45,876 bases of DNA from Candidatus Hydrogenedentota bacterium (GCA_046583315.1 JAYGCN010000254.1:1-45876), one strand, 5' to 3'. Shown: positions 1-8,547, counted from the stretch's first letter. Numbers and translations are program-made. The notes: a model not told the origin generated them from the letters alone.

Positions 1-331
1 CAATATGGATTTTCGTCTTTTGGCCAATTACTAGAAGAAGCAACATCACAGGGGATACTCGATCTAGAACGAGATAAAAAATCCGGCGGATTCATTTTTA
101 AAACACTAAGTTCTTGAGGGTGATTTTTGAAAAGTTGGGATTATCTTACCTTAATCATTCTCTTGACGCTGGTCGTGCGTTTCAACATCATTCGTGTTAC
201 GTTCGCTCCATGATATGTTCAATATCATACTGAACTTCGCCCGACGACATTTTTAACACCCTCACTCTTGATTTCCTGCTCTTTTTCGGGGATGATGCTC
301 CTTTTGTGTGTTCGAACATCGGGAGTTTCTA

Positions 332-346
332 TGAATTGTAATGCTC
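332..346. repeat. Left terminal inverted repeat of the IS3-family element
   Basis: TGAATTGTAATGCTC pairs with the reverse complement of 1604-1618 in 13 of 15 positions. Confidence 0.5.
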
Positions 347-405
347 GCCTAAAAGTGGACGGTTGATTCGAGTTATACTCGCTCTCTTTGAAAGGAGACG
401 GTGTG

Positions 406-696
406 ATGACTCGGAAGAACAAGAAGTACGATGAGGATTTTAAGCTTGAGGCGGCCAAATTGGTGGTGGAGCATGGGTATTCGTGCGCAGAAGCCTCTCG
501 GCGACTCGGGATTGCTCATCATTTGGTGGGAAACTGGATAAAGGCGTTTCGAAAATCAGGGGAATTGCCTGCGGCAGATGAACCGACTCCTGTGGCGGAC
601 GATTTGAAGGCGTTACGTGATGAAAATGCGAAGTTACGCATGGAGAATGAAATCTTAAAAAAAGCGACGGCGTACTTCGCAAAGGATGTTCTGTGA
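406..696 (+). CDS. IS3-family transposase OrfA (HTH DNA-binding subunit)
   Basis: Protein MTRKNKKYDEDFKLEAAKLVVEHGYSCAEASRRLGIAHHLVGNWIKAF... is a typical IS3 OrfA HTH plus leucine zipper. An AAGGAG RBS sits at 392-397, upstream of the ATG at 406. The six-frame ORF begins at 388. Confidence 0.85.
   Translation: MTRKNKKYDEDFKLEAAKLVVEHGYSCAEASRRLGIAHHLVGNWIKAFRKSGELPAADEPTPVADDLKALRDENAKLRMENEILKKATAYFAKDVL
657..664 (+). promoter_or_regulatory. Programmed -1 ribosomal frameshift slippery site (A AAA AAA G)
   Basis: Seven A residues at 657-663 followed by G. The orfA zero frame reads L-K-K-A. The -1 frame is continuous into orfB. This is the classic IS3/IS911/IS150 arrangement. Confidence 0.6.
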
Positions 697-1574
697 GGTA
701 CGCCTGGATGCTGGCGCATGCGATGGAGTACTCAATTTGTATGATGTCCCGTGTTTTGAATGTAAGTAGCGGCGGATATTATGCCTGGAAGACGCGTAAG
801 CCTTCGCGACAACAACAGCGCCGTGAAGAGCTCACGGATGCCGTCCTGACCTTTCACGCAGATACCAAAGGCGCGTATGGGTATCGCAAAGTCCACGAAG
901 ACATTGTGCAGACTTTTGAGGAGCCTTGTTGCCTGGAAACCGTGCGACGTATCATGAAAGACAAGGGCTTACGCTCAACACGGGGACGCAAATTTGTTGT
1001 GACCACGGACTCGAATCATACGATGCCGGTGGCGGAAAATATCCTCGACCGAAACTTTGAGTCCTATGCTCCGAATGAAAAGTGGGTGACGGATATTACC
1101 TTTATCCCCAAGCACCAAGGGTGGACCTACCTTGCTACCGTGATGGATTTATTTGCACGGCGTATCGTCGGCTGGGCCACTTCTAAGCGCATCGACACGG
1201 CACTCATAAGCGAGGCTTTACATAAGGCCATCAAAGAAAGACAGCCCGGCAAGGGACTATTGCACCACTCCGACCGAGGCTCCCAATACGCCTCTAAGGG
1301 ATACCGAAAAACACTTAAGCAGTTCAAGATGAAATGCAGCATGAGCCGCAAAGGCAACTGCTGGGACAACGCACCCATGGAACGATTCTTCAGTAGCTTG
1401 AAAAGCGAATGGCTCCGAGATAAGATATTCCCAACCCACGAAGCGGCGACCAGTGCCATCTTCGAATACATTGAGACCTTCTATAATCCAAAACGGCGAC
1501 ACGCAGCCCTCGGCTACCAATCGCCCATTCAATACGAAAACAACATGAAACAACAGCAACCATTAGCAGCATAA
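693..1574 (+). CDS. IS3-family transposase OrfB (DDE integrase core); probably expressed as an OrfAB fusion by a -1 frameshift
   Basis: 293-aa ORF with the rve/DDE region (…HSDRGSQYAS…, …CWDNAPMERFF…). The -1 frame is open from the slippery site at 657 through 693, giving a KKSDGVLRKGCSV linker. Confidence 0.85.
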   Translation: MRYAWMLAHAMEYSICMMSRVLNVSSGGYYAWKTRKPSRQQQRREELTDAVLTFHADTKGAYGYRKVHEDIVQTFEEPCCLETVRRIMKDKGLRSTRGRKFVVTTDSNHTMPVAENILDRNFESYAPNEKWVTDITFIPKHQGWTYLATVMDLFARRIVGWATSKRIDTALISEALHKAIKERQPGKGLLHHSDRGSQYASKGYRKTLKQFKMKCSMSRKGNCWDNAPMERFFSSLKSEWLRDKIFPTHEAATSAIFEYIETFYNPKRRHAALGYQSPIQYENNMKQQQPLAA

Positions 1575-1603
1575 TTGCTCGGATTGATCGTCCGCTATGG
1601 ATA

Positions 1604-1618
1604 GAGCATTACATGTTC
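1604..1618. repeat. Right terminal inverted repeat of the IS3-family element
   Basis: GAGCATTACATGTTC; its reverse complement matches the left end. Confidence 0.5.
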
Positions 1619-1725
1619 GGGGTCTTTATCGCTCAATGCAGGCTGACGAGAGTTTCAACGTCGTAGGTTCCAGGGTGACAACGCACAATTTTTTCTGCCG
1701 AACCACAGGTAATTAGTTGACAAAA

Positions 1726-1755
1726 TTGACTCTTTGCTCCTGTTCGACGTATAGT
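1726..1755 (+). promoter_or_regulatory. Candidate sigma-70-type promoter for the 1793-6520 gene pair
   Basis: TTGACT (1726-1731), an 18-nt spacer, then TATAGT (1750-1755), about 40 nt upstream of the first start. A second TTGACA lies at 1717-1722. Confidence 0.3.
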
Positions 1756-1792
1756 AAACGGTGTTGTGACAGTGGGTTAGCCCTTTGTCACG

Positions 1793-4144
1793 TTGATGCC
1801 TGCCGGAGAATTGCTGCTGATTATGGCCGAGCGAAGTCCACTCATCGCCGGGGAGACCCGGATTCCGCCTGCGCGCGGGTTGATTACGGCGCACAATCGT
1901 CGTGAGGCCCCTTTACGGGTTCGGCATCTGCGCCAGTGGCTTCGGTACAATCGCCAAGTGTTGAATGCGCTGAAGGTGGATGCGCTGGCGAATGGTGCGC
2001 ATGTGGCGGTCGTGGAGGATTTGCTGCCGACGGCGACTGAACTGGGCTGTGCGCTGAGTCTGCGCACGGATGGCGCGTCGACTCCCCCGGACCTCGCGAA
2101 GTGGAAATCGGCGGGATTGTGGGATGTGAAGTTGTGCCCAGCATCTCTCGATGAATCTGCGCATTCGTGGCTGGATGCCTGCGCCAAAGCTGAGATACCG
2201 ATTCGTCTTCAGTTGGTATTTTCAAACCTTTCCAATGCGAATCTGGATACGCTGTTCGAAGGTCTTGCTAAATCGTCAGTCACTGAACTCGATTTCGTTT
2301 ACGCCGATGATTTGGCGCAAAACGGTTCTGCCAATGCGGTCGATCCTGAACAGGTCGAAGCCGTCGCGCGATTGATTCCGCAACTGGAAGCGTTGAATAT
2401 CCGGGTAACGATTCGTGGCCTTGCCTTTTGCGCGCTGGACGAGTCCCTGTGGTCTCACTTGGCGAACAGTCGGCAGAACGCGCTCGACCACGCGCAAACG
2501 ATTCCCACGTCGCTAACCTTGGCCCGCACAATTCACGGCTATGGCCCCGTGATCGGCGGAAAAATAATTCGCATGGTGCTCGCGCGGCATACATTGAGTC
2601 GCACGCCCGTCGATGAAATTCTGTTGCCGTTTCTTATTAAACGAAGTACTCGCTACCTCATCAATCGTCTGATACGTCGCGTCACCGAGCACATGAACGT
2701 GGCGCACAGTGTGCCCAAGGCCCTGCAACGCTCAAAGTATGAAGAAGTGTTGCAGGACATCCAGGAAGATGCGTTACGCACTGTGCCGAAGGCCTGCGAG
2801 TCGTGTCGGCTTCGACGCATCTGTGATCACGATACCGGCACCCCAAAATCGATTGAAGGCGAACTCGTCGTGTCGCCGATGCACTTTTGCATGGAGCAGC
2901 CGCTTCATTATGACGCGATTGACATGGAACGCCTTGAGGCCCACACGCCGTCGCATGAATTGGCAACGGAAGCGATGGACATTCTTACGCAACAGTCCCC
3001 TACGCGTGCGTATACGTCTGCCGATTACAAAATGGATGACGGATTTTCTGAACAGATGGAGGGTGGCCTGAAATGGTGGTCGGTCACGAACACGGAGAAA
3101 CTCAGCTCGTCACTGGGGACATTTAAGCCGCCGTTTACCGTGTCGGTCGAAGTGGGCGCGGGCATCGCGGATTATATGGGATTCAGTTTCGGCCGCCATT
3201 GCGCGATTGTGTGTCCAATGGAAGCGTATCGACACACCTTGTCATTGCACGTGGATGCCGATGGACGTTATATATTGTTGCGCGACGGGAAAGCGATTCA
3301 ACCCGTCGAGTTTGAAGGTTTCCATCACCTGCCACTCCATCTGGGCGACGTACTTCAGCCGCGAATTTCGTTGTGGAATATTGACGACTGCATTTTGACG
3401 CAGAGCTTGCGAGTGTGGTCGGACCCGGAGACGGATTCGCGACCGCCAGCCAAGTATTCGATTATTATCGTCAGTACGAAATTTACGCGACGGTTGCAAG
3501 CGGTGCTGCACAACATTGCGCACCAGCAGGGAATCGATTTGGCGCAACTGGAAGTGATCGTGGCGTATGTGCCGGGTCTGGATGCAACGGACGATTTGAT
3601 CGACAGTATGTCGCTGAGTTTTCCGGAGTTGCGCGTGGTACGGTCGGCGTTTCCGGAGCACCATGCCAAAGCGAAGGGACTGATGATTAACGAATCCTTC
3701 AAATTGGCGCAGGGCGAATGGATCATGTTGCTGGATTCGGACACGTTATTGCCGCCGGACTATTTTTCACGCATCGAAGAAGTTGCGGACGAGGAGGTGT
3801 TCATCGCGCCGGACGGTCGACGCCTGCTTACCCGTGAGACCACGGCGCGAATCCTGATGGGCGAAATAAAACCGTGGGAATCATGGGCTGAGCTGCTCAA
3901 TGATGAAGGCGAGTTTCGGCATCGTGAAACGCGCGGCATTCCCGTTGGCTTTTGCCAATGCTTTCGGGCAGAATACCTTGATAAGCACCCCTATCTGGAA
4001 ATGGACCACTTTGAAATTGCGGACATGCATTTCAGCATTGACGTGCTCAAAGACATCGGCAAGGAACATCGACTCAGCGGCGCGCCGGTGTTGCATCTCG
4101 ACCACGGGGGCAGTCAGTGGTATGGCACCCGGAAACACATGTAG
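1793..4144 (+). CDS. Large multidomain protein A (783 aa): radical-SAM-like N-terminal barrel without CxxxCxxC, a conserved CxxCx5CxH cluster, a conserved beta-rich domain with a CxxxCP motif, and a C-terminal GT2-type glycosyltransferase domain
   Basis: Long ORF with a TTG start at 1793 and an ATG at 1796. The N-terminal region has 'VAVVEDLL' and 'SLRTDGAS…LAKWKSAGLWDVKLCPASLDE' segments in the positions of the radical SAM GGEPLL and TNG…SLD motifs, but the Cys triad is absent. The middle region carries CESCRLRRICDHD. The C-terminus has the GT-A signature (SIIIVS…EVIVA…KG..INE…GEWIMLLDSDT) with a DxD motif. It is a paralog of the next ORF. Confidence 0.75.
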   Translation: MMPAGELLLIMAERSPLIAGETRIPPARGLITAHNRREAPLRVRHLRQWLRYNRQVLNALKVDALANGAHVAVVEDLLPTATELGCALSLRTDGASTPPDLAKWKSAGLWDVKLCPASLDESAHSWLDACAKAEIPIRLQLVFSNLSNANLDTLFEGLAKSSVTELDFVYADDLAQNGSANAVDPEQVEAVARLIPQLEALNIRVTIRGLAFCALDESLWSHLANSRQNALDHAQTIPTSLTLARTIHGYGPVIGGKIIRMVLARHTLSRTPVDEILLPFLIKRSTRYLINRLIRRVTEHMNVAHSVPKALQRSKYEEVLQDIQEDALRTVPKACESCRLRRICDHDTGTPKSIEGELVVSPMHFCMEQPLHYDAIDMERLEAHTPSHELATEAMDILTQQSPTRAYTSADYKMDDGFSEQMEGGLKWWSVTNTEKLSSSLGTFKPPFTVSVEVGAGIADYMGFSFGRHCAIVCPMEAYRHTLSLHVDADGRYILLRDGKAIQPVEFEGFHHLPLHLGDVLQPRISLWNIDDCILTQSLRVWSDPETDSRPPAKYSIIIVSTKFTRRLQAVLHNIAHQQGIDLAQLEVIVAYVPGLDATDDLIDSMSLSFPELRVVRSAFPEHHAKAKGLMINESFKLAQGEWIMLLDSDTLLPPDYFSRIEEVADEEVFIAPDGRRLLTRETTARILMGEIKPWESWAELLNDEGEFRHRETRGIPVGFCQCFRAEYLDKHPYLEMDHFEIADMHFSIDVLKDIGKEHRLSGAPVLHLDHGGSQWYGTRKHM

Positions 4145-4159
4145 AAGGACAGACGCGTT

Positions 4160-6520
4160 TTGACCCTTAAGCAACACGGACATCGCATCGCATCGACTCG
4201 AGGAATCGTGTCGACCGTAAACGCGAAAGGCGTGCCCTATCATCGCAGCGATGTCGAGCGGTGGATTCGCCTGAACCGTGTTGTGTTCAAAACGGAAAAG
4301 ATCGACCTGCTGGTGAGCGCCGATACCCTTGATGATGTGGCGCACTATTGCGAGTATGCGACCACGCTCGAATCGTTTATCAGTGTGCGTAGCGATTGTT
4401 CGTTTCCCCTACCTGATATGAGGTTGTTGAATGAGTCGGGTGTGTTGGATCTAATGCTGACCCCTACCCCCCAGTCGCTGGCACGTTTGGACGAATGGCT
4501 CGAGGCGGCACGCGACGCGGATCTTCCAGTACGTCTTCAACTTCCGATACCCTTTAGTGATGACTTCGAAGCGGCGGCCCTCGCAGAACATTATGCCCAA
4601 CATGGGGTGCATGTCGTTTCGGTCACGTGTCACGACCCTCTGCTGCCGAAGTTGTCGACGGGGTCGCCCGACGAAACGACGCGCTCTTACGAAATCATGG
4701 CTGCGCTCGCGGAGGCACTGGAGGCGCGGGATGTAGAGTGTTCATTGTTGCATATTCCTTTTTGTGCACTCGACGAATCGCTCTGGAAAAATGTACTCAA
4801 TGAACCGCAGTTCTTTTCCGATCACCAAGGTTATTCGCGCGAATCGTGGGATATTCTGCTTCAACTGCGCAACAAGGGCCCAGTTATCGCGAAGAAGGCC
4901 CTACTAATTTGGCTGGGCCGCTACACCTTGATGGCAAACCCGATTGACGACAAACTTCTCCCCTGGCTACTGGAACATCCTTGGCTGCGTGCACGGACGA
5001 TCGCATGGCATCGACTCACGCGCCACCTGCGGCTCAGTCGTTCGGTGCCAAAAGCGCGCGACATTCAATCCGACGAGGATGCACTGGCGGCGGTGTCTGA
5101 GCGGCACTCCCATAGCGACGAAACCCTCGGACGTGCCTGTAGCGCGTGTCGTCTCAAACACATTTGCAACCATCACGATCATCCTGGCGCAAAATCACTT
5201 AACGGATTCTTGCCGGTCATCATCGAAGGCGAAGTCGTCACCTACCCGATGCAGTTTGCGCTGCATCAGCCGAAATTTTACGATTCCATAGACGCGCGCC
5301 GCAGTGAATTGCCGTCCAAAATGATTTCGCTAGCCGCCCAAGCGAACGATATTCTTGAAAACTCGCCCCCGACTGTTGACGTGGATTCGTTTGACTACGA
5401 AGTGGATGGCGAATGGTGTCATCAATTGCCGGGAGGGGTTCGCTGGTATGGGTTGAGCAATACGGAGAAGATCAGCACGCCGCTCGGGACGCTTGATCCC
5501 CCATTTACGATTTCCTACAAAGCGGGCGGCGGCATTGCGGAGTATATCGGTTTTTCGTTGGGTCGTGACTGCAAACTGTTGTGCCCGATGGAGGCCTATC
5601 AACATACCATCACCCTGCACGTGGATCGAAGCGGATCGTATGTCTTGTTGCGTGACGGTCGACCGGTGCGCCCCATGCAGTTTGAGGGAAACTATTACGC
5701 GCCGACGCGATTGGGCAGCAATCTTCAGCCGCGCATCTCCATCTGGAATATTGACGAGAGCCTGGTCACGCAAAACGTGAAGATTTGGAGCGAGACCTCG
5801 GTAAAAGCCGACGACTCCAAGGAAATCGACTTCACGATCGTCACCGTATGCATTCGTTATGCACGAAGACTTCAGCTGGCCCTGCAATCCATTGCACACC
5901 AGCAAGACTTCGATCTTTCCCGCGTGGAAATTATTATCGCCTATCTCCCCGACGTGGATTCGACAGAAGACATCCTGGAATCCTTTGCGATGGCGAATCC
6001 GGAACTGACGATTCATCGTTCTACCTTTGCCGAAGACAAGGCGCAGGCAAAGGGTTTCATCATCAACGAATGCCTGGAGAAGGCCCGCGGCGAATGGGTT
6101 ATGCTTCTCGACGCCGACACCTTGATTCCGCCGGATATGCTCGTCAAAGTGATGGCGCAAACGGAGGGTCAGAACTTCATCGTGCCGGACGGTCGCAAAT
6201 TGTTGAGTCCAGAGGTCACCTCCGACGTGCTGCTGGGCAATCGACGTCCCTGGGAAGAGTGGGATGCGTTGCTTGGGACCGAAGGCGAGTTCCGGAATCG
6301 CGAAATGGGCGGCACACCAATCGGTTTTTGCCAGGTCGTGCGGCGATCCTGCTTCGATAAAGTGAAATATTACGAAGTCGACCATTTTGAGGGCGCGGAC
6401 TGGCAGTTCTCGATCCACATGCGTGAGGAATTCGGCGACGAACTTCGGCTATCGGGCGTACCCGTGTTGCATCTCGATCACGGGGGCAGCAAATGGTATG
6501 GGACGAGCCGGCATTTCTAA
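4160..6520 (+). CDS. Large multidomain protein B (786 aa), tandem paralog of protein A with the same domain order
   Basis: TTG start 16 nt after the stop of A, with AGGAC at 4146-4150. Blocks shared with A include FCALDESLW, GPVI, SVPKA, CxxCRLxxICxHxD, LSNTEKIS..LGT..PPFT.S…GGIA(D/E)Y(M/I)GFS(F/L)GR.C…CPMEAY.HT..LHVD, QPRIS.WNID, (F/I)(I/T)IV(S/T)…(V/I)I(V/I)AY(V/L)P..D.T(D/E)D…EW(I/V)MLLD(S/A)DTL(L/I)PPD and …GFCQ…LSG(A/V)PVLHLDHGGS.WYGT at the C-terminus. Confidence 0.75.
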   Translation: MTLKQHGHRIASTRGIVSTVNAKGVPYHRSDVERWIRLNRVVFKTEKIDLLVSADTLDDVAHYCEYATTLESFISVRSDCSFPLPDMRLLNESGVLDLMLTPTPQSLARLDEWLEAARDADLPVRLQLPIPFSDDFEAAALAEHYAQHGVHVVSVTCHDPLLPKLSTGSPDETTRSYEIMAALAEALEARDVECSLLHIPFCALDESLWKNVLNEPQFFSDHQGYSRESWDILLQLRNKGPVIAKKALLIWLGRYTLMANPIDDKLLPWLLEHPWLRARTIAWHRLTRHLRLSRSVPKARDIQSDEDALAAVSERHSHSDETLGRACSACRLKHICNHHDHPGAKSLNGFLPVIIEGEVVTYPMQFALHQPKFYDSIDARRSELPSKMISLAAQANDILENSPPTVDVDSFDYEVDGEWCHQLPGGVRWYGLSNTEKISTPLGTLDPPFTISYKAGGGIAEYIGFSLGRDCKLLCPMEAYQHTITLHVDRSGSYVLLRDGRPVRPMQFEGNYYAPTRLGSNLQPRISIWNIDESLVTQNVKIWSETSVKADDSKEIDFTIVTVCIRYARRLQLALQSIAHQQDFDLSRVEIIIAYLPDVDSTEDILESFAMANPELTIHRSTFAEDKAQAKGFIINECLEKARGEWVMLLDADTLIPPDMLVKVMAQTEGQNFIVPDGRKLLSPEVTSDVLLGNRRPWEEWDALLGTEGEFRNREMGGTPIGFCQVVRRSCFDKVKYYEVDHFEGADWQFSIHMREEFGDELRLSGVPVLHLDHGGSKWYGTSRHF

Positions 6521-6526
6521 GCGTCG

Positions 6527-7252
6527 TTAATACGCGGCCCCGTACATGCTCGCCTCGATCTCTTCTTCGAACTCAATGGCGTGGTACAGCGAGGCGTAGG
6601 CGAGTTTCACCCACATGATGGCAGGGATGATGCCGACAATCATAAGCATCAATCCGCCCAAGGTGATCGGAATACCCAACAGCCCGATCATGAACACTTT
6701 GAACGCGTGTCCATCCGTCATTTCCCAGCTTTCTTGAAGGGCGTCGATCACGTTCAATCGTCGATCCACGATCAGATACGGGGTGAATGCGAGCTTGCAG
6801 GCGAGGTAGATGCCGGGAATGATGAAAAATATGAAACCGATAGTAACGATAATTCCGACTAGAATTGTCGCCATCACCGCGTGAATGTAGTTTCTGATGA
6901 AGGCAAACATATCCACAATGTCCAGCGGATCATTACGGGCGGCACGAAGGTAGGTATAATCGACACCGTACTTGAGGGGAGCGGTGATCAAAATACCATA
7001 GAAGAAAGAAAATATAGTAGCGAAAAACGCGATACCGCCACCGAGAACGGTCGTCGCATCGTTGTCGCCTTCGCCGATGATCGCAACGCCGATGTCACCG
7101 AATAAGTTAAAAACACCAGCCGGAGCAGCTAGCAACATAGACACGATTCCGATGATAAAGAGGATCAGAAAATTTTCCCATAGCTGCCGCCACGCATTGC
7201 CGTATGCCGCCGCTATGCCAATTTCTGGAAGTGTCTGTTCCTCGTATCGCAT
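6527..7252 (-). CDS. Polytopic integral membrane protein (possibly DUF975-like)
   Basis: 241 aa with 5-6 predicted hydrophobic helices, rich in Gly/Ile/Phe and lacking enzymatic motifs. It is convergent with protein B. Confidence 0.55.
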   Translation of the reverse strand: MRYEEQTLPEIGIAAAYGNAWRQLWENFLILFIIGIVSMLLAAPAGVFNLFGDIGVAIIGEGDNDATTVLGGGIAFFATIFSFFYGILITAPLKYGVDYTYLRAARNDPLDIVDMFAFIRNYIHAVMATILVGIIVTIGFIFFIIPGIYLACKLAFTPYLIVDRRLNVIDALQESWEMTDGHAFKVFMIGLLGIPITLGGLMLMIVGIIPAIMWVKLAYASLYHAIEFEEEIEASMYGAAY

Positions 7253-7367
7253 GGCTTTGTCCGTTCACCCTTTGGAGTGTGATTTCCGCTCTATATGGTT
7301 TGGACTCGGCGAATCTACCTCTGGTTTCAAAGCGTTTTAGGCGATGAAAGATCAGTTTTTTCCGGGA

Positions 7368-7625
7368 TTATTTGAAGGCATCGAAGGGAATCGCTTCATC
7401 CATCAGCATGACCGGAATATCGTCACGGATGATATACACGTAAGCCTGATCTTCGCGAACGAGTCCGCCATCGATCGGCGTATCAACCGCATCACCCGCT
7501 CGATTCACCACGGAACCGGCACTGATGGCCGCGTTGATTTTGTCGGTCACCGCATCATCAATGGACGACACGGGTGACTTATTTTCGGGGCACACCAGTA
7601 AATCCAGCAATTCCTGGGAAATCAT
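7368..7625 (-). CDS. Trm112-like small protein (methyltransferase activator family)
   Basis: MISQELLDLLVCPENKSPV…DIPVMLMDEAIPF matches the Trm112 family signature (LL.iLvCP..k..L…IP.ML.DEA). A GAAGGAGAG RBS precedes the second ATG at 7625. The six-frame ORF begins at 7655 with GTG. Confidence 0.65.
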   Translation of the reverse strand: MISQELLDLLVCPENKSPVSSIDDAVTDKINAAISAGSVVNRAGDAVDTPIDGGLVREDQAYVYIIRDDIPVMLMDEAIPFDAFK

Positions 7626-7704
7626 AAAACTCTCTCCTTCATTCGGCATTTTCACACGCCGCTATTGTACGTGATGAGCATCCATCGGTCCAAGTTTCCA
7701 CAAC

Positions 7705-8547
7705 CTATCCGGTCAGCCCTCGCGCGATGGCCGCATATTCATCCAACTCAAGCGTCTGCGGACGACGCGACGGGTCTATTCCAGCGTCTTCAATGGCGGC
7801 CAATGCCCGGTCGGCATCATATCCCAGATTGCCGGACTTGACCAGTGAATTGCGTATCGTCTTGCGGCGCATGCTGAAGGCGACGTTGATGATTTTACGA
7901 ATCAATTCTTTGTCAACATCGGGATAGAGCGGTTCGGCGCGGTTCCGAATGCGCACGATGCAGCTATCGACTTTGGGTCGCGGCTTAAAACAGCTGGCGG
8001 GTACTTTGTGCACGATATCCACTTCGGCATGCAGCCGACAGGCAAGCGCGAGTTTTCCGTAGATGGCCGAACCCACGGGCGCGACCATCCGGTGCCCCAC
8101 TTCTTCTTGCACCATGACCACCATACGCTCGAAATACAGAGACGACTCCCAGAAATGGAAGAGGATCGGGGTCGTGATGTAGTAAGGAAGATTGGAAACC
8201 AGCTTGAGCTGTTTGCGATCCGGCAGAAATTCCTCGACCAATTTCTCGACTTCGTGATTGAGGATATCGCCACGAAAAAGCGTCACGTTGTTGACCGTAT
8301 CAAACTGATCATGCAGGCACGGCATGAAGGAACGGTCAATCTCCACAGCAAGAACCCGGTTGGCCTGTTTGTGCAGTCGGGCGGTCAAGGCGCCGAGGCC
8401 CGCGCCCACCTCGACAACGTCATCCTCCTCGGTCAAGGCCGCCGCATCGGACATGATACGGTTGATGTTCTCGTCGAGCAGCAGATTCTGCCCAAGAGAC
8501 TTTTTGAATACTATCCCGTACTGGTCGATCCAATCGCGTAACGCCAT
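7705..8547 (-). CDS. rsmA: 16S rRNA (adenine1518/1519-N6)-dimethyltransferase RsmA/KsgA
   Basis: FKKSLGQNLLLDENI…VVEVGAGLGALTARL…AVEIDRSF…SNLPYYITTPILF are the canonical KsgA motifs. The most likely start is the Met of MALRDW at 8547, which has a GAAAGGAC RBS. The ORF extends upstream to 8655. Confidence 0.9.
   Translation of the reverse strand: MALRDWIDQYGIVFKKSLGQNLLLDENINRIMSDAAALTEEDDVVEVGAGLGALTARLHKQANRVLAVEIDRSFMPCLHDQFDTVNNVTLFRGDILNHEVEKLVEEFLPDRKQLKLVSNLPYYITTPILFHFWESSLYFERMVVMVQEEVGHRMVAPVGSAIYGKLALACRLHAEVDIVHKVPASCFKPRPKVDSCIVRIRNRAEPLYPDVDKELIRKIINVAFSMRRKTIRNSLVKSGNLGYDADRALAAIEDAGIDPSRRPQTLELDEYAAIARGLTG

Larger units (their letters stand above)
332..1620 (+). mobile_element. 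IS3-family insertion sequence (about 1.29 kb), apparently intact
   Basis: Imperfect terminal inverted repeats TGAATTGTAATGCTC (332-346) and GAGCATTACATGTTC (1604-1618; reverse complement GAACATGTAATGCTC). The two-ORF orfA/orfB architecture overlaps by 4 nt with an A-run slippery site. OrfB carries the DDE-integrase motif region (HSDRGSQYAS). Exact ends and the target-site duplication are not resolved. Confidence 0.8.

Noticed and set aside
225-458. 77-aa minus-strand ORF spanning the left IS boundary.
   Set aside because: It crosses the IS terminal inverted repeat and overlaps the orfA start. It has no RBS or family signature and is most likely spurious.
5330-6418. 362-aa ORF on the minus strand, antisense to protein B. 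Similar long antisense ORFs lie at 8008-8541, 33100-34011, 34434-35330 and 42577-43290.
   Set aside because: They lie entirely inside well-supported genes on the opposite strand. They have no motifs or RBS logic and are the expected by-product of high GC. The sense genes have strong family signatures.
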